A DNA stretch of 41,366 nt from NCBI GenBank assembly GCA_964586485.1, contig CAZPII010000001.1, positions 68,334 to 109,699 of the forward strand, written 5' to 3'. A program made the translations under genes and the position numbers. Source of the stretch: an uncultured Atribacterota bacterium. GTDB taxonomy: Bacteria > Atribacterota > Phoenicimicrobiia > Phoenicimicrobiales > Stramentimicrobiaceae. Shown in pieces: positions 34,875 to 41,366 of the stretch. The notes beneath the pieces are model-generated. The model made no database searches. It saw only the letters and a program-made list of their open reading frames with translations, and had not been told where the DNA came from. Position 1 is the stretch's first letter. Each line of letters starts with the position of its first letter.

Positions 34875-35609
34875 GTGAGTGAAAAATTAGAAACAATTAA
34901 AAGAAAAATTATAAACTTGTTAAACAGGACTACGGAAAAGGGCGCTACAAAAAAAGAGGCTGAAGCTTGTTTAAAAATGGCAAATAAACTCATGCTTCAA
35001 TATAATATTGAAGAAAATGAGCTTGGTTATGAACAAACTGAAAAAGTTTTTAAGTTATTAAGTTTAAAAAGAAATTCTTTACCAGTTCTAAATATGATTA
35101 CTGAAATTTCTGCGTTTAGTGGATGTTTATTTATGGTTGGAAAAAATTATCCTTCAAGAAAGAAGGATCATTTTATTTTTGGCTCGAAACACGATATAGA
35201 AATAACTTTGTATCTAGTTGAATTTATTATGAATACAGTTGAAGAAGAAATTAAACAATTCAAAATTGTATATAAAAATAACGGAGAGCCTAGAAAACAT
35301 TTGCGCAAAGCTATAAAAAGTTTCTTGTTTGGAATGTGCGATGGTATTGGTTATAAAATTAGACTTTTAAAGGAAGAGAGAATGAAAGATATAAAAAAAT
35401 CAACTGGAACAGCTTTAATTGAATTAAAAAGAGAAAATCTTATATCAGAACTTAAAAAAGAAATCCCTAATGTTAGGGAGGATAATTCTGATAATGAAAT
35501 TACTATTATTAAGGATTATTTTGATCAAGGATTTAATAAAGGAAAGAAAATTAAGTTTCACGATGCATTATGTAATAAAAATAATAGAAAGAAAAAGGAG
35601 AAATATTAA
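34875..35609 (+). CDS. DUF2786-like protein
   Basis: The N-terminal KIINLLNRTTEKGATKKEAEACLKMANKLMLQYNI fits the DUF2786 pattern (K-I-x-K-L-L-x-x-x-x ... EAE-x-A-x-x-x-A-x-x-L-M). GTG start after GAGGAG. Confidence 0.5.
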   Translation: MSEKLETIKRKIINLLNRTTEKGATKKEAEACLKMANKLMLQYNIEENELGYEQTEKVFKLLSLKRNSLPVLNMITEISAFSGCLFMVGKNYPSRKKDHFIFGSKHDIEITLYLVEFIMNTVEEEIKQFKIVYKNNGEPRKHLRKAIKSFLFGMCDGIGYKIRLLKEERMKDIKKSTGTALIELKRENLISELKKEIPNVREDNSDNEITIIKDYFDQGFNKGKKIKFHDALCNKNNRKKKEKY

Positions 35610-35611
35610 TT

Positions 35612-35890
35612 ATGGAAATAAGATTAAATAATAACAAAAAACCTGAAATATCTTTTATTTTTAATGAAGATGAACAAGAGCAAGTAGCTTTTATCATTAA
35701 AAATTTATTAGAGGACTCTGGTAAATTAAAACCCAATGATTTGACCAGAATTCAGGTTGGTGCCTTAACGCAATTAAGGCATAATATGAATAATTGGTAT
35801 AAAAGTGGTTTAATAGTAGATTTAGAAGATCTTCTTGATCTTGCTTTAAAATGCGGTTATTTACTTAAAAACTTTGATAGAATGGAGTAA
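35612..35890 (+). CDS. hypothetical protein
   Basis: 92 aa with an AAGGAG RBS. Confidence 0.5.
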   Translation: MEIRLNNNKKPEISFIFNEDEQEQVAFIIKNLLEDSGKLKPNDLTRIQVGALTQLRHNMNNWYKSGLIVDLEDLLDLALKCGYLLKNFDRME

Positions 35891-35891
35891 T

Positions 35892-36143
35892 ATGGAATTC
35901 AATGTAAATAATGTTGATTTTAAAATAGTCTGGAATAAGGAATTTATTACCGGAATTTATATTTGTATTTATAAAAATGGTAAAGTCTTTGATCAGTTAA
36001 ACATTGCGCATTATAATGATTTGTCCAAATACTCTAAGAGAAAATTTAAAGATAAAGATAAAGATGAGTATTTTAATAAAATTCTATCTGATATTAAAAA
36101 ATCATTGATTGAATACGAAAAACAGAAAGGAGTAATTAATTAA
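35892..36143 (+). CDS. hypothetical protein
   Basis: ATG 35892 (MEFNVNNVDF...) lies 4 nt after GGAG. The 35874 start overlaps the previous gene. Confidence 0.5.
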   Translation: MEFNVNNVDFKIVWNKEFITGIYICIYKNGKVFDQLNIAHYNDLSKYSKRKFKDKDKDEYFNKILSDIKKSLIEYEKQKGVIN

Positions 36144-36145
36144 TT

Positions 36146-36508
36146 ATGGATAAGTTAGAATTAAAAGATTTAAATATGCAATTAATTAAAGATACAGTAG
36201 AAAACAGAAGCAGTTTAGTTTTAGATGTAGATGAATTTGTTTCAGTTGGATTATTTTCAGATGATTTTTATTCAGAAGATAAATTAAATAAATTAGACAT
36301 AAGGCAACGAAATAAGAAAATAGCTAATATGAACAAAATGAGAGAAGAAGGATTTTGTTTAGATTTACAGACTTTAAATGTTTTATTGACTTGTTACAAT
36401 GCTATTAAATATAAAAATCAGAAAAAGATAAAAAATGAAATCTTAAAAGACCCATTTGCGCTTTTAGCTTTTATTGATTTATGTTGGAGAAGTGTTAAAA
36501 CTGGTTAA
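36146..36508 (+). CDS. hypothetical protein
   Basis: 120 aa with an AAGGAG RBS. Confidence 0.5.
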   Translation: MDKLELKDLNMQLIKDTVENRSSLVLDVDEFVSVGLFSDDFYSEDKLNKLDIRQRNKKIANMNKMREEGFCLDLQTLNVLLTCYNAIKYKNQKKIKNEILKDPFALLAFIDLCWRSVKTG

Positions 36509-36514
36509 CAAATT

Positions 36515-36542
36515 ATCATTGTACTAATCATAATGTTATAAT
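36515..36542 (+). promoter_or_regulatory. promoter-like element sharing ATCATTGTAC, plus extended -10 TGTTATAAT
   Basis: ATCATTGTAC at 36515-36524 is identical to 34071-34080. TGTTATAAT is at 36534-36542. Confidence 0.45.
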
Positions 36543-36579
36543 AATATTATGATTTGGGAACAAAAAAGAGGTAATTACT

Positions 36580-36927
36580 ATGAACTTAACAAACCAGCAA
36601 ATAAAAACAAAGGTGGTTAATTTAATTGTTTTAATTAAATTAACTAAGAACAAAAAAATGATTGATGATTATTTAGAAAATTTATTTGAAAAATATAATT
36701 GCGCCAATATTATTAGCGCTAGGTATCAATGTATGACAGCTGCCCTAGAGGCACCGATTGATGTACCATTTGGATCAAGTGGTGAAGCATATTCAACTGA
36801 AATAGTTCACGATTTAGTTAGCGCTAAAACATTATATAATTACTATGAAGAAATTTACAACCGTTTGGAAACAAAAGGTTGGTTTCAATTATATGAGGAA
36901 ACTAATGTTATTGGTACAAATTATTAA
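36580..36927 (+). CDS. hypothetical protein
   Basis: 115 aa with a GAGG RBS. Confidence 0.5.
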   Translation: MNLTNQQIKTKVVNLIVLIKLTKNKKMIDDYLENLFEKYNCANIISARYQCMTAALEAPIDVPFGSSGEAYSTEIVHDLVSAKTLYNYYEEIYNRLETKGWFQLYEETNVIGTNY

Positions 36928-36938
36928 AAGGAGAGCTT

Positions 36939-37289
36939 ATGAATTTTAATGAATTTTTATCAGAAATCGATTTTAATAGTGGAGACTATGCACTAGAAGA
37001 TGGTATTTATGTATTACCTAAAAAGATTAAAATTATTGACATACCCTATAGCAGTCAAGAATTAGGATGTGTTGATAACGAAACCAAACAAGAGATACTA
37101 AAATTTATAAATAAATATAAAGAAACTTGGTGCTTTGCGAATGCTTATGCAACTGAGCAAACTTTTATATTAAGTGACAAACCGCCTGAATTTCAAGGTA
37201 ATATTATTGGTTGTGGCTTCAATCAAGGAAGCACAAATATTTTAGATGATTGCCCAAAAAAGATACTTATACTTTTTGAAAATGATTAG
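36939..37289 (+). CDS. hypothetical acidic protein
   Basis: 116 aa with an AAGGAG RBS. D/E-rich. Confidence 0.5.
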   Translation: MNFNEFLSEIDFNSGDYALEDGIYVLPKKIKIIDIPYSSQELGCVDNETKQEILKFINKYKETWCFANAYATEQTFILSDKPPEFQGNIIGCGFNQGSTNILDDCPKKILILFEND

Positions 37290-37298
37290 GTGGTAAAA

Positions 37299-37409
37299 AT
37301 GAAATTTTATTTAGAAATAGCACAAACACTACAGGCTTATTCAAATCTTATTCATGCTAAACTACTCTGTGATGATCTTGTTGATTTAAAGAATATTATA
37401 AATTATTAA
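37299..37409 (+). CDS. 36-aa candidate miniprotein (not in the ORF track)
   Basis: Hand translation gives MKFYLEIAQTLQAYSNLIHAKLLCDDLVDLKNIINY*. AGGTGG lies 6 nt upstream. Confidence 0.35.
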   Translation: MKFYLEIAQTLQAYSNLIHAKLLCDDLVDLKNIINY

Positions 37410-37455
37410 CAAGTGATAATCCGTATAAAAGAATACTTTAATATTTGGAGGCAAA

Positions 37456-37893
37456 ATGAAATTTGAAAGATTTTATCCCGGTTATAAAACAATGGATTGG
37501 CAAGCTATTGAAAATGAAATAAGACTTGATTCTTTATTAAATTTAAATAAAACATTAAGTGAATTATCTGAAGAGCCATATATGGTAGAAGAATGGTTTT
37601 CTGGACAAAATGGTATTCATATACCGAAATTAGTTTATCAACAAATGTTTAGATTACCTGATGAAGTTATAGAAAAAATTGAAGATCATAATCCCAGTTT
37701 TTTTATTGATTCATATTACAATTATGCCATAGATCTACATGAAGAATTGCAAGAGTTTTTTAAAGATAAAGCATATGGTGGGGTATTCGATTTTGAATTT
37801 AGTGAAATTGATGGGAGCTGGGGTTTAATGTATTATTTTAATGACCATGATGATATTTGTGATATTTATTCTAGTTTATATTATAGCAGTTAA
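37456..37893 (+). CDS. hypothetical acidic protein
   Basis: 145 aa with a GGAGG RBS. Strongly D/E- and aromatic-rich. Confidence 0.55.
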   Translation: MKFERFYPGYKTMDWQAIENEIRLDSLLNLNKTLSELSEEPYMVEEWFSGQNGIHIPKLVYQQMFRLPDEVIEKIEDHNPSFFIDSYYNYAIDLHEELQEFFKDKAYGGVFDFEFSEIDGSWGLMYYFNDHDDICDIYSSLYYSS

Positions 37894-37912
37894 TAATTTT
37901 AAGGAGATTTGA

Positions 37913-38269
37913 ATGATTAATGGCTTAGAATTAAAAAAAGAACTTGATTCTGAATTTAAAGAAAAAGTTAGGCTTAATGATTGTAAAAAATTAGTCAGTG
38001 TGGTTTTAAAGGTAGATAAAGATATAGAAGAATTGAAAAAATATAATTTCAGAATGGAACTCCTTATTAATATTCAAAAAGCCGGATGTATTCTCGATGA
38101 CAATGAGAAAGAAGAATTTAATCTATGCTTAAGCAAAATTAAATCATTAAATAAAATCTTAGATGATACTTGGGATATTGCAAGAGAAACACATATGTAC
38201 ACTTACCAATCTATACAATATTGTAGGGCTTTAGAGATTTTACAAAAATACAGGAAACAATTTATATAA
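37913..38269 (+). CDS. hypothetical protein
   Basis: 118 aa with an AAGGAG RBS. Confidence 0.5.
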   Translation: MINGLELKKELDSEFKEKVRLNDCKKLVSVVLKVDKDIEELKKYNFRMELLINIQKAGCILDDNEKEEFNLCLSKIKSLNKILDDTWDIARETHMYTYQSIQYCRALEILQKYRKQFI

Positions 38270-38270
38270 T

Positions 38271-38307
38271 ATCAATATACTTATGCATTTGATATTATAT
38301 AAATATG
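38271..38307 (+). promoter_or_regulatory. conserved promoter-like element, copy B
   Basis: ATCAATATACTTATGCATTTGATATTATATAAATATG. 33/37 nt are identical to 34071-34107. Confidence 0.5.
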
Positions 38308-38338
38308 CATATAATGTATGTAAGGAGATACTTAGTTA

Positions 38339-38575
38339 ATGAATAAATTAAACTTTCAAATGCTTAAAGATGGATTATTATCAATAACCCCCGCTATTAC
38401 AACTCCTATTTCATTTTCCGCTTTATTAGGCGGAAATTTATATAAGGCCGCTGAAGAAAACGAAAAATATTTAGAGCAAAATAGAAAGGAAAATTGTTGC
38501 GTGAATTGTGGAATTAAATTGCAAAAACATGATGAGGATGGTTTTTGTTTAGATTGTTATGATGAAATCCGGTAG
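38339..38575 (+). CDS. small zinc-ribbon protein
   Basis: 78 aa with an AAGGAG RBS. C-terminal CCVNCG...CLDC. Confidence 0.55.
   Translation: MNKLNFQMLKDGLLSITPAITTPISFSALLGGNLYKAAEENEKYLEQNRKENCCVNCGIKLQKHDEDGFCLDCYDEIR
38464..38493 (+). repeat. 30-nt direct repeat, copy 1 (inside the 38339-38575 CDS)
   Basis: AAAATATTTAGAGCAAAATAGAAAGGAAAA. 29/30 nt are identical to 40112-40141. Confidence 0.85.
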
Positions 38576-38594
38576 CGCAGCAAGAGGACAGTGA

Positions 38595-39191
38595 ATGAAA
38601 GCTAGAATAAATCAAAATAAATCTGGGCTTCATTATCATGTTTACATAAGTAATAACGAGCCCCAGATTGATATACGTCTTGTTGGAAAATTACCAAGAT
38701 GTCGTGCTGACAAAAATATTGATTTTCTTTTTAGAGGAGATCAATATAGATTATTTAAGATTCATTCTTCTGAATATATACCTATTGAAAGAGAAATTAT
38801 GATCAATATAATTTCTCAGTTAGAATTTAAAAATCTCGCTCAAACACAAATACTAGTTACAAAAGATCAAATAAAAAAATCAATTAGTTCTTTACTCGAG
38901 TCTAAGGGATTTTTGCAAAAAGATATTAATGAAATATTAGATAATCTTAAATTTAAAATCAATGAATTTGTTACTGAAATAAAACCTGATGAAAGAGTGT
39001 TGGCAAAAGATAAAGAAATTATAGAAACCATCAAACAATATTATAATATTTTTGATGGTTTTAAAGATGAGTTTCCCTTTGGTGTGTATTTGCAGTTGCG
39101 CAACTGCAAATACACTAATCAGCCTTACAATGAATTACAAGAAAGGATAGAGCATTTTACACAACAATTTTTTAGTCAAAAAAATAAATAG
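38595..39191 (+). CDS. hypothetical protein
   Basis: 198 aa with a GAGGA RBS. Confidence 0.55.
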   Translation: MKARINQNKSGLHYHVYISNNEPQIDIRLVGKLPRCRADKNIDFLFRGDQYRLFKIHSSEYIPIEREIMINIISQLEFKNLAQTQILVTKDQIKKSISSLLESKGFLQKDINEILDNLKFKINEFVTEIKPDERVLAKDKEIIETIKQYYNIFDGFKDEFPFGVYLQLRNCKYTNQPYNELQERIEHFTQQFFSQKNK

Positions 39192-39217
39192 TTAATTAAG
39201 ATGGAAAGGAGTTATTA

Positions 39218-39451
39218 ATGCTGGATAAAAATGAATTAGAATCTTGTTATCAAGAAGCATCAGATTCATTAGGGACATTAGTTGAGAATATTCAATATTT
39301 AGAGAAATTTTGTAAAGATTATGATTTTTCTAAATTAAAAAATCTACTTAATTCGCATGGTTATATTAATATGAATGTTGAGAGTGAACTTTATAAGTTA
39401 AAAGAATTCATTGATGATATAGACGATGATGAAGAGAACGAAAGCGATTAA
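39218..39451 (+). CDS. hypothetical highly acidic miniprotein
   Basis: 77 aa with an AAGGAG RBS. C-terminal DDIDDDEENESD. Confidence 0.5.
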   Translation: MLDKNELESCYQEASDSLGTLVENIQYLEKFCKDYDFSKLKNLLNSHGYINMNVESELYKLKEFIDDIDDDEENESD

Positions 39452-39571
39452 TATTAAATTAATGTTATATATAAACAATAACGTTCATTAAAATGCCGTT
39501 AATACGCTTAAGCGTGCCGGGGCAATTGTTATTAATTAATTAACTAAAAATATATAGAAAGGAATAAGACT

Positions 39572-40090
39572 ATGAGTTTGACAGGGTTAAGCAAGAATAA
39601 TATTGAAATTGTGGAAGATTTTAAAAAAGCAAGTTACAAATGGAACCATATTATTAAAATAGATCATGGTTATACTTGTTATAAAATAATAGTTCCAAAG
39701 AAATACATATGTATTTATAATAAAGATTATTTAAGGTCGACTGGTACAATTTCAGAATCCTTAATTATAATTATTGACATTGAAAGAAAAATAATTCATC
39801 TAATAGATACAAAATCAAAAGTATTAATATTAGAAATACTCGCCGCATGCCAGCGGGTATTTGAATATTTAAAATTACCTGTAAAAATCATTCCGCCTTT
39901 AACAGAGGTTACTAGAAAAAATTGTGATTATATTTCTTTCTTTTTGCAATATAAAGGTGTTAATTTTAAATGGTGCGCTGGAACTTCAATTTTATTAGAT
40001 AACAACTGGAAACTGTTAATTACTTTAGACAAATTTAGTTTAAGTAATTCTTCTGTGTTAGAGTATATAGATTATAAAATAATAAAATAG
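39572..40090 (+). CDS. hypothetical protein upstream of the JAB gene
   Basis: 172 aa with an AAGGA RBS. No motif recognised. Confidence 0.5.
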   Translation: MSLTGLSKNNIEIVEDFKKASYKWNHIIKIDHGYTCYKIIVPKKYICIYNKDYLRSTGTISESLIIIIDIERKIIHLIDTKSKVLILEILAACQRVFEYLKLPVKIIPPLTEVTRKNCDYISFFLQYKGVNFKWCAGTSILLDNNWKLLITLDKFSLSNSSVLEYIDYKIIK

Positions 40091-40111
40091 CTTGGATAAT
40101 TTTGTTGTGAT

Positions 40112-40141
40112 AAAATATTTAGAACAAAATAGAAAGGAAAA
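40112..40141 (+). repeat. 30-nt direct repeat, copy 2 (leader/RBS of the JAB gene)
   Basis: AAAATATTTAGAACAAAATAGAAAGGAAAA, directly upstream of the ATG at 40149. Confidence 0.85.
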
Positions 40142-40148
40142 CAAACAA

Positions 40149-40640
40149 ATGGACTATAAAAAACCGGTTATAGAAGATAATGTTTTCGAAAAACTTTTAT
40201 CTTACCTTCCAGATCCAGATAATTTTGAAAAAGAATCAGGTGGAATTTTACTTGGAAAAACTTATAATAACAAAGTTGTCATAACTGATATTTCAGAACC
40301 AAACAAACATGATAAAGCCAGCAAATATGAATTTATGCGAGATGGCGAAAGTGCTCAAAAAATAATCAATCACTATCATCAAATTTCTAATGGCACAATC
40401 AACTATCTTGGTGAATGGCATACACATTACGAAGCTCATCCTTCAGCATCTTCTAAAGATTTTGAACTCATTGATAATCTTCTTATCACCTGTGTTTTTC
40501 CATCAACTCTTCAATTCATTTATATGCTCATTTTAGGTTTCAGAAGTTACATCATATACACCAAAAAAATAGGAGATGTCAGTTTTCACATTGCAGGCTT
40601 TGGAGATTTAAAAACAACACATGTTAAAAAATATCAATAG
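40149..40640 (+). CDS. JAB/MPN (JAMM) metalloprotease
   Basis: Conserved Glu in ESGGILLG. Complete JAMM motif EWHTHYEAHPSASSKD (H-x-H-x7-S-x2-D, nt ~40413-40460). ATG 40149 follows AAAGGAAAA. The TTG 40092 start is rejected. Confidence 0.75.
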   Translation: MDYKKPVIEDNVFEKLLSYLPDPDNFEKESGGILLGKTYNNKVVITDISEPNKHDKASKYEFMRDGESAQKIINHYHQISNGTINYLGEWHTHYEAHPSASSKDFELIDNLLITCVFPSTLQFIYMLILGFRSYIIYTKKIGDVSFHIAGFGDLKTTHVKKYQ

Positions 40641-40693
40641 ATGATCTTATTATGGAACGCAATCAAATCTAAATTTTAAAAAGGACTACTCTA

Positions 40694-40876
40694 ATGACAC
40701 AACAAAAACTCAAAATGCTTCAAATCATATCTAAAAATAGAGAAGATATCATCAAACTCAACTTAGAAATAGAAAATCTAAAAAACGAAAATCTAAAACT
40801 ATCAAAAAACTTATCTTCTCTTATGGAATTTCAAAATAAAATTCTTCCTATTCTATCGTTTTTAAAAAAAATATAA
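40694..40876 (+). CDS. doubtful 60-aa coiled-coil ORF in G-poor, repeat-laden DNA
   Basis: AAGGA RBS is present. However, the ORF is low-complexity (NLEIENLKNENLKLSKNL) and contains AAATCTAA repeat copies. Confidence 0.3.
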   Translation: MTQQKLKMLQIISKNREDIIKLNLEIENLKNENLKLSKNLSSLMEFQNKILPILSFLKKI

Positions 40877-40979
40877 AGTTTAACTTTTAAAAATATTCAA
40901 AACTACATCAAAAAACAATTCTAATTTAAAAATAGAATTGTTCAACATACCTTTTTTCTCTTAAATCGCACATAAAACC

Positions 40980-41071
40980 AAATCTAATTCTTATTTATTT
41001 TAAATCTAATAAAATCTAATTTCTATCAAAAAAACTTCATTCTAATCAAAAATTATATCAAAAAATCTAAT
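40980..41071. repeat. iteron-like cluster of AAATCTAAT
   Basis: Perfect AAATCTAAT at 40980-40988, 41002-41010, 41012-41020 and 41063-41071. AAATCTAA also occurs at 40665, 40773 and 40788. Confidence 0.7.
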
Positions 41072-41244
41072 TTTAAACAAAATTTCAATCATTTTTCACT
41101 CTTTCTATATTCTTGTCATAAACCTTCAAATCCCCACCACACCCCCACACTAAAAAAGAATAATAAATAAACAACTAAAATATCATATATCCTAATACCT
41201 CACGGAATAAAAAAGAATAAAAATCATATATAAACTAATCTATC

Positions 41245-41366
41245 TATAATATTATATTACTAACATATTATTAATTATTTCATAAACTAGCATAGATATA
41301 ATATTATATTACTAACATATTATTAATTATTTCATAAACTAGCATAGATATAATATTATATTACTA
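41245..41366. repeat. perfect 52-bp tandem repeat, at least 2.3 copies, truncated by the window edge
   Basis: 41245-41296 is identical to 41297-41348, and 41349-41366 is identical to the first 18 nt of the unit. Each unit begins with the 12-nt palindrome TATAATATTATA. Confidence 0.95.

Noticed and set aside
703-35736. Twelve minus-strand ORFs from the ORF track: 703-903, 1264-1494, 2729-3076, 6512-6694, 8452-8676, 9685-9870, 13955-14167, 28971-29252, 31464-31697, 34205-34459, 34619-34804, 35551-35736.
   Set aside because: Each lies wholly inside a well-supported + strand gene. Their composition is low-complexity and Ile/Phe/Leu/Ser-rich, as expected from the antisense of AT-rich codons. None has an RBS. 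They are shadow ORFs.
39504-39515. Perfect 12-nt palindrome ACGCTTAAGCGT in a locally GC-richer intergenic spot (39490-39530), as an operator or terminator.
   Set aside because: It occurs only once and is too short for a stable terminator (no T-tract). No partner half-sites were found elsewhere. There is insufficient evidence to call a regulatory site.
41132-41150. Telomere-like C(1-5)A repeat CCCCACCACACCCCCACAC.
   Set aside because: It is a single 19-nt block and is not at the physical end of the window. It is more likely part of the general G-depletion. It is noted within the tail finding only.
41245-41366. CRISPR array.
   Set aside because: The units are directly abutting identical 52-bp copies with no spacers, and there are no cas genes. 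It is a tandem repeat, not a CRISPR.
1-41366. Alternative genetic code (stop-codon reassignment), as in some large AT-rich phages or Mollicutes.
   Set aside because: All recognised enzymes (DnaE, RecA-like, Rad50-like, QueC, TerL, LigA) are full-length and uninterrupted under the standard code, with dense gene packing.
1-41366. Prophage boundaries / integration module.
   Set aside because: No integrase, excisionase, att-like tRNA fragment or flanking bacterial housekeeping gene was recognised. I cannot say whether this is a free phage genome or a prophage.

Overview
This is an AT-rich (about 30% GC by eye) 41.4-kb stretch. Every credible gene is on the + strand. Genes are tightly packed, with AGGAG-type ribosome-binding sites, frequent ATGA/TAATG start-stop overlaps and some GTG/TTG starts. 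The genetic code is standard. It reads as part of a large tailed-phage (or prophage) genome from a low-GC bacterium. Left to right: (i) A replication/recombination module: the 3' part of a DnaE-type Pol III alpha (cut by the window edge), a gp32-like SSB candidate, a RecA/UvsX-like recombinase, an Mre11/SbcD + Rad50/SbcC pair, an HNH/AP2 homing-endonuclease-like gene, a RuvC-like resolvase, and NusG-like and sigma-region-4-like regulators. (ii) 10.6-20.9 kb: a 7-deazaguanine DNA-modification island with queD, queE, folE, a GATase-QueC fusion and a DpdA-like DNA transglycosylase. It also carries a CobA/BtuR-like P-loop protein with a zinc-ribbon insertion, a Dam-family methyltransferase-like gene with a degenerate NPVF motif, two paralogous GT-B glycosyltransferase-like genes wedged between gat-queC and dpdA, and two paralogous ParB-like genes. 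This island is my top candidate for an undescribed DNA (hyper)modification system. (iii) DUF932-like and sliding-clamp-like genes, small and large terminase, portal, then an NAD-dependent DNA ligase. (iv) 29.4-40.6 kb: about 35 small accessory/early-type ORFs. These include a compositionally foreign, GC-richer islet (XRE HTH, Imm5-like helical protein, two tiny membrane peptides, and a promoter-to-terminator structured ncRNA candidate). They also include a CX5R phosphatase-like gene bracketed by 38-nt direct repeats, many CxxC zinc-ribbon miniproteins, acidic miniproteins, and an intact JAMM/JAB metalloprotease. (v) 40.64-41.37 kb: a strongly G-depleted non-coding tail with AAATCTAA(T) iterons and perfect 52-bp tandem repeats running off the window edge. 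I recognised no rRNA, canonical tRNA, CRISPR array, integrase or transposase. All homology calls come from motif recognition by eye, not from database searches.
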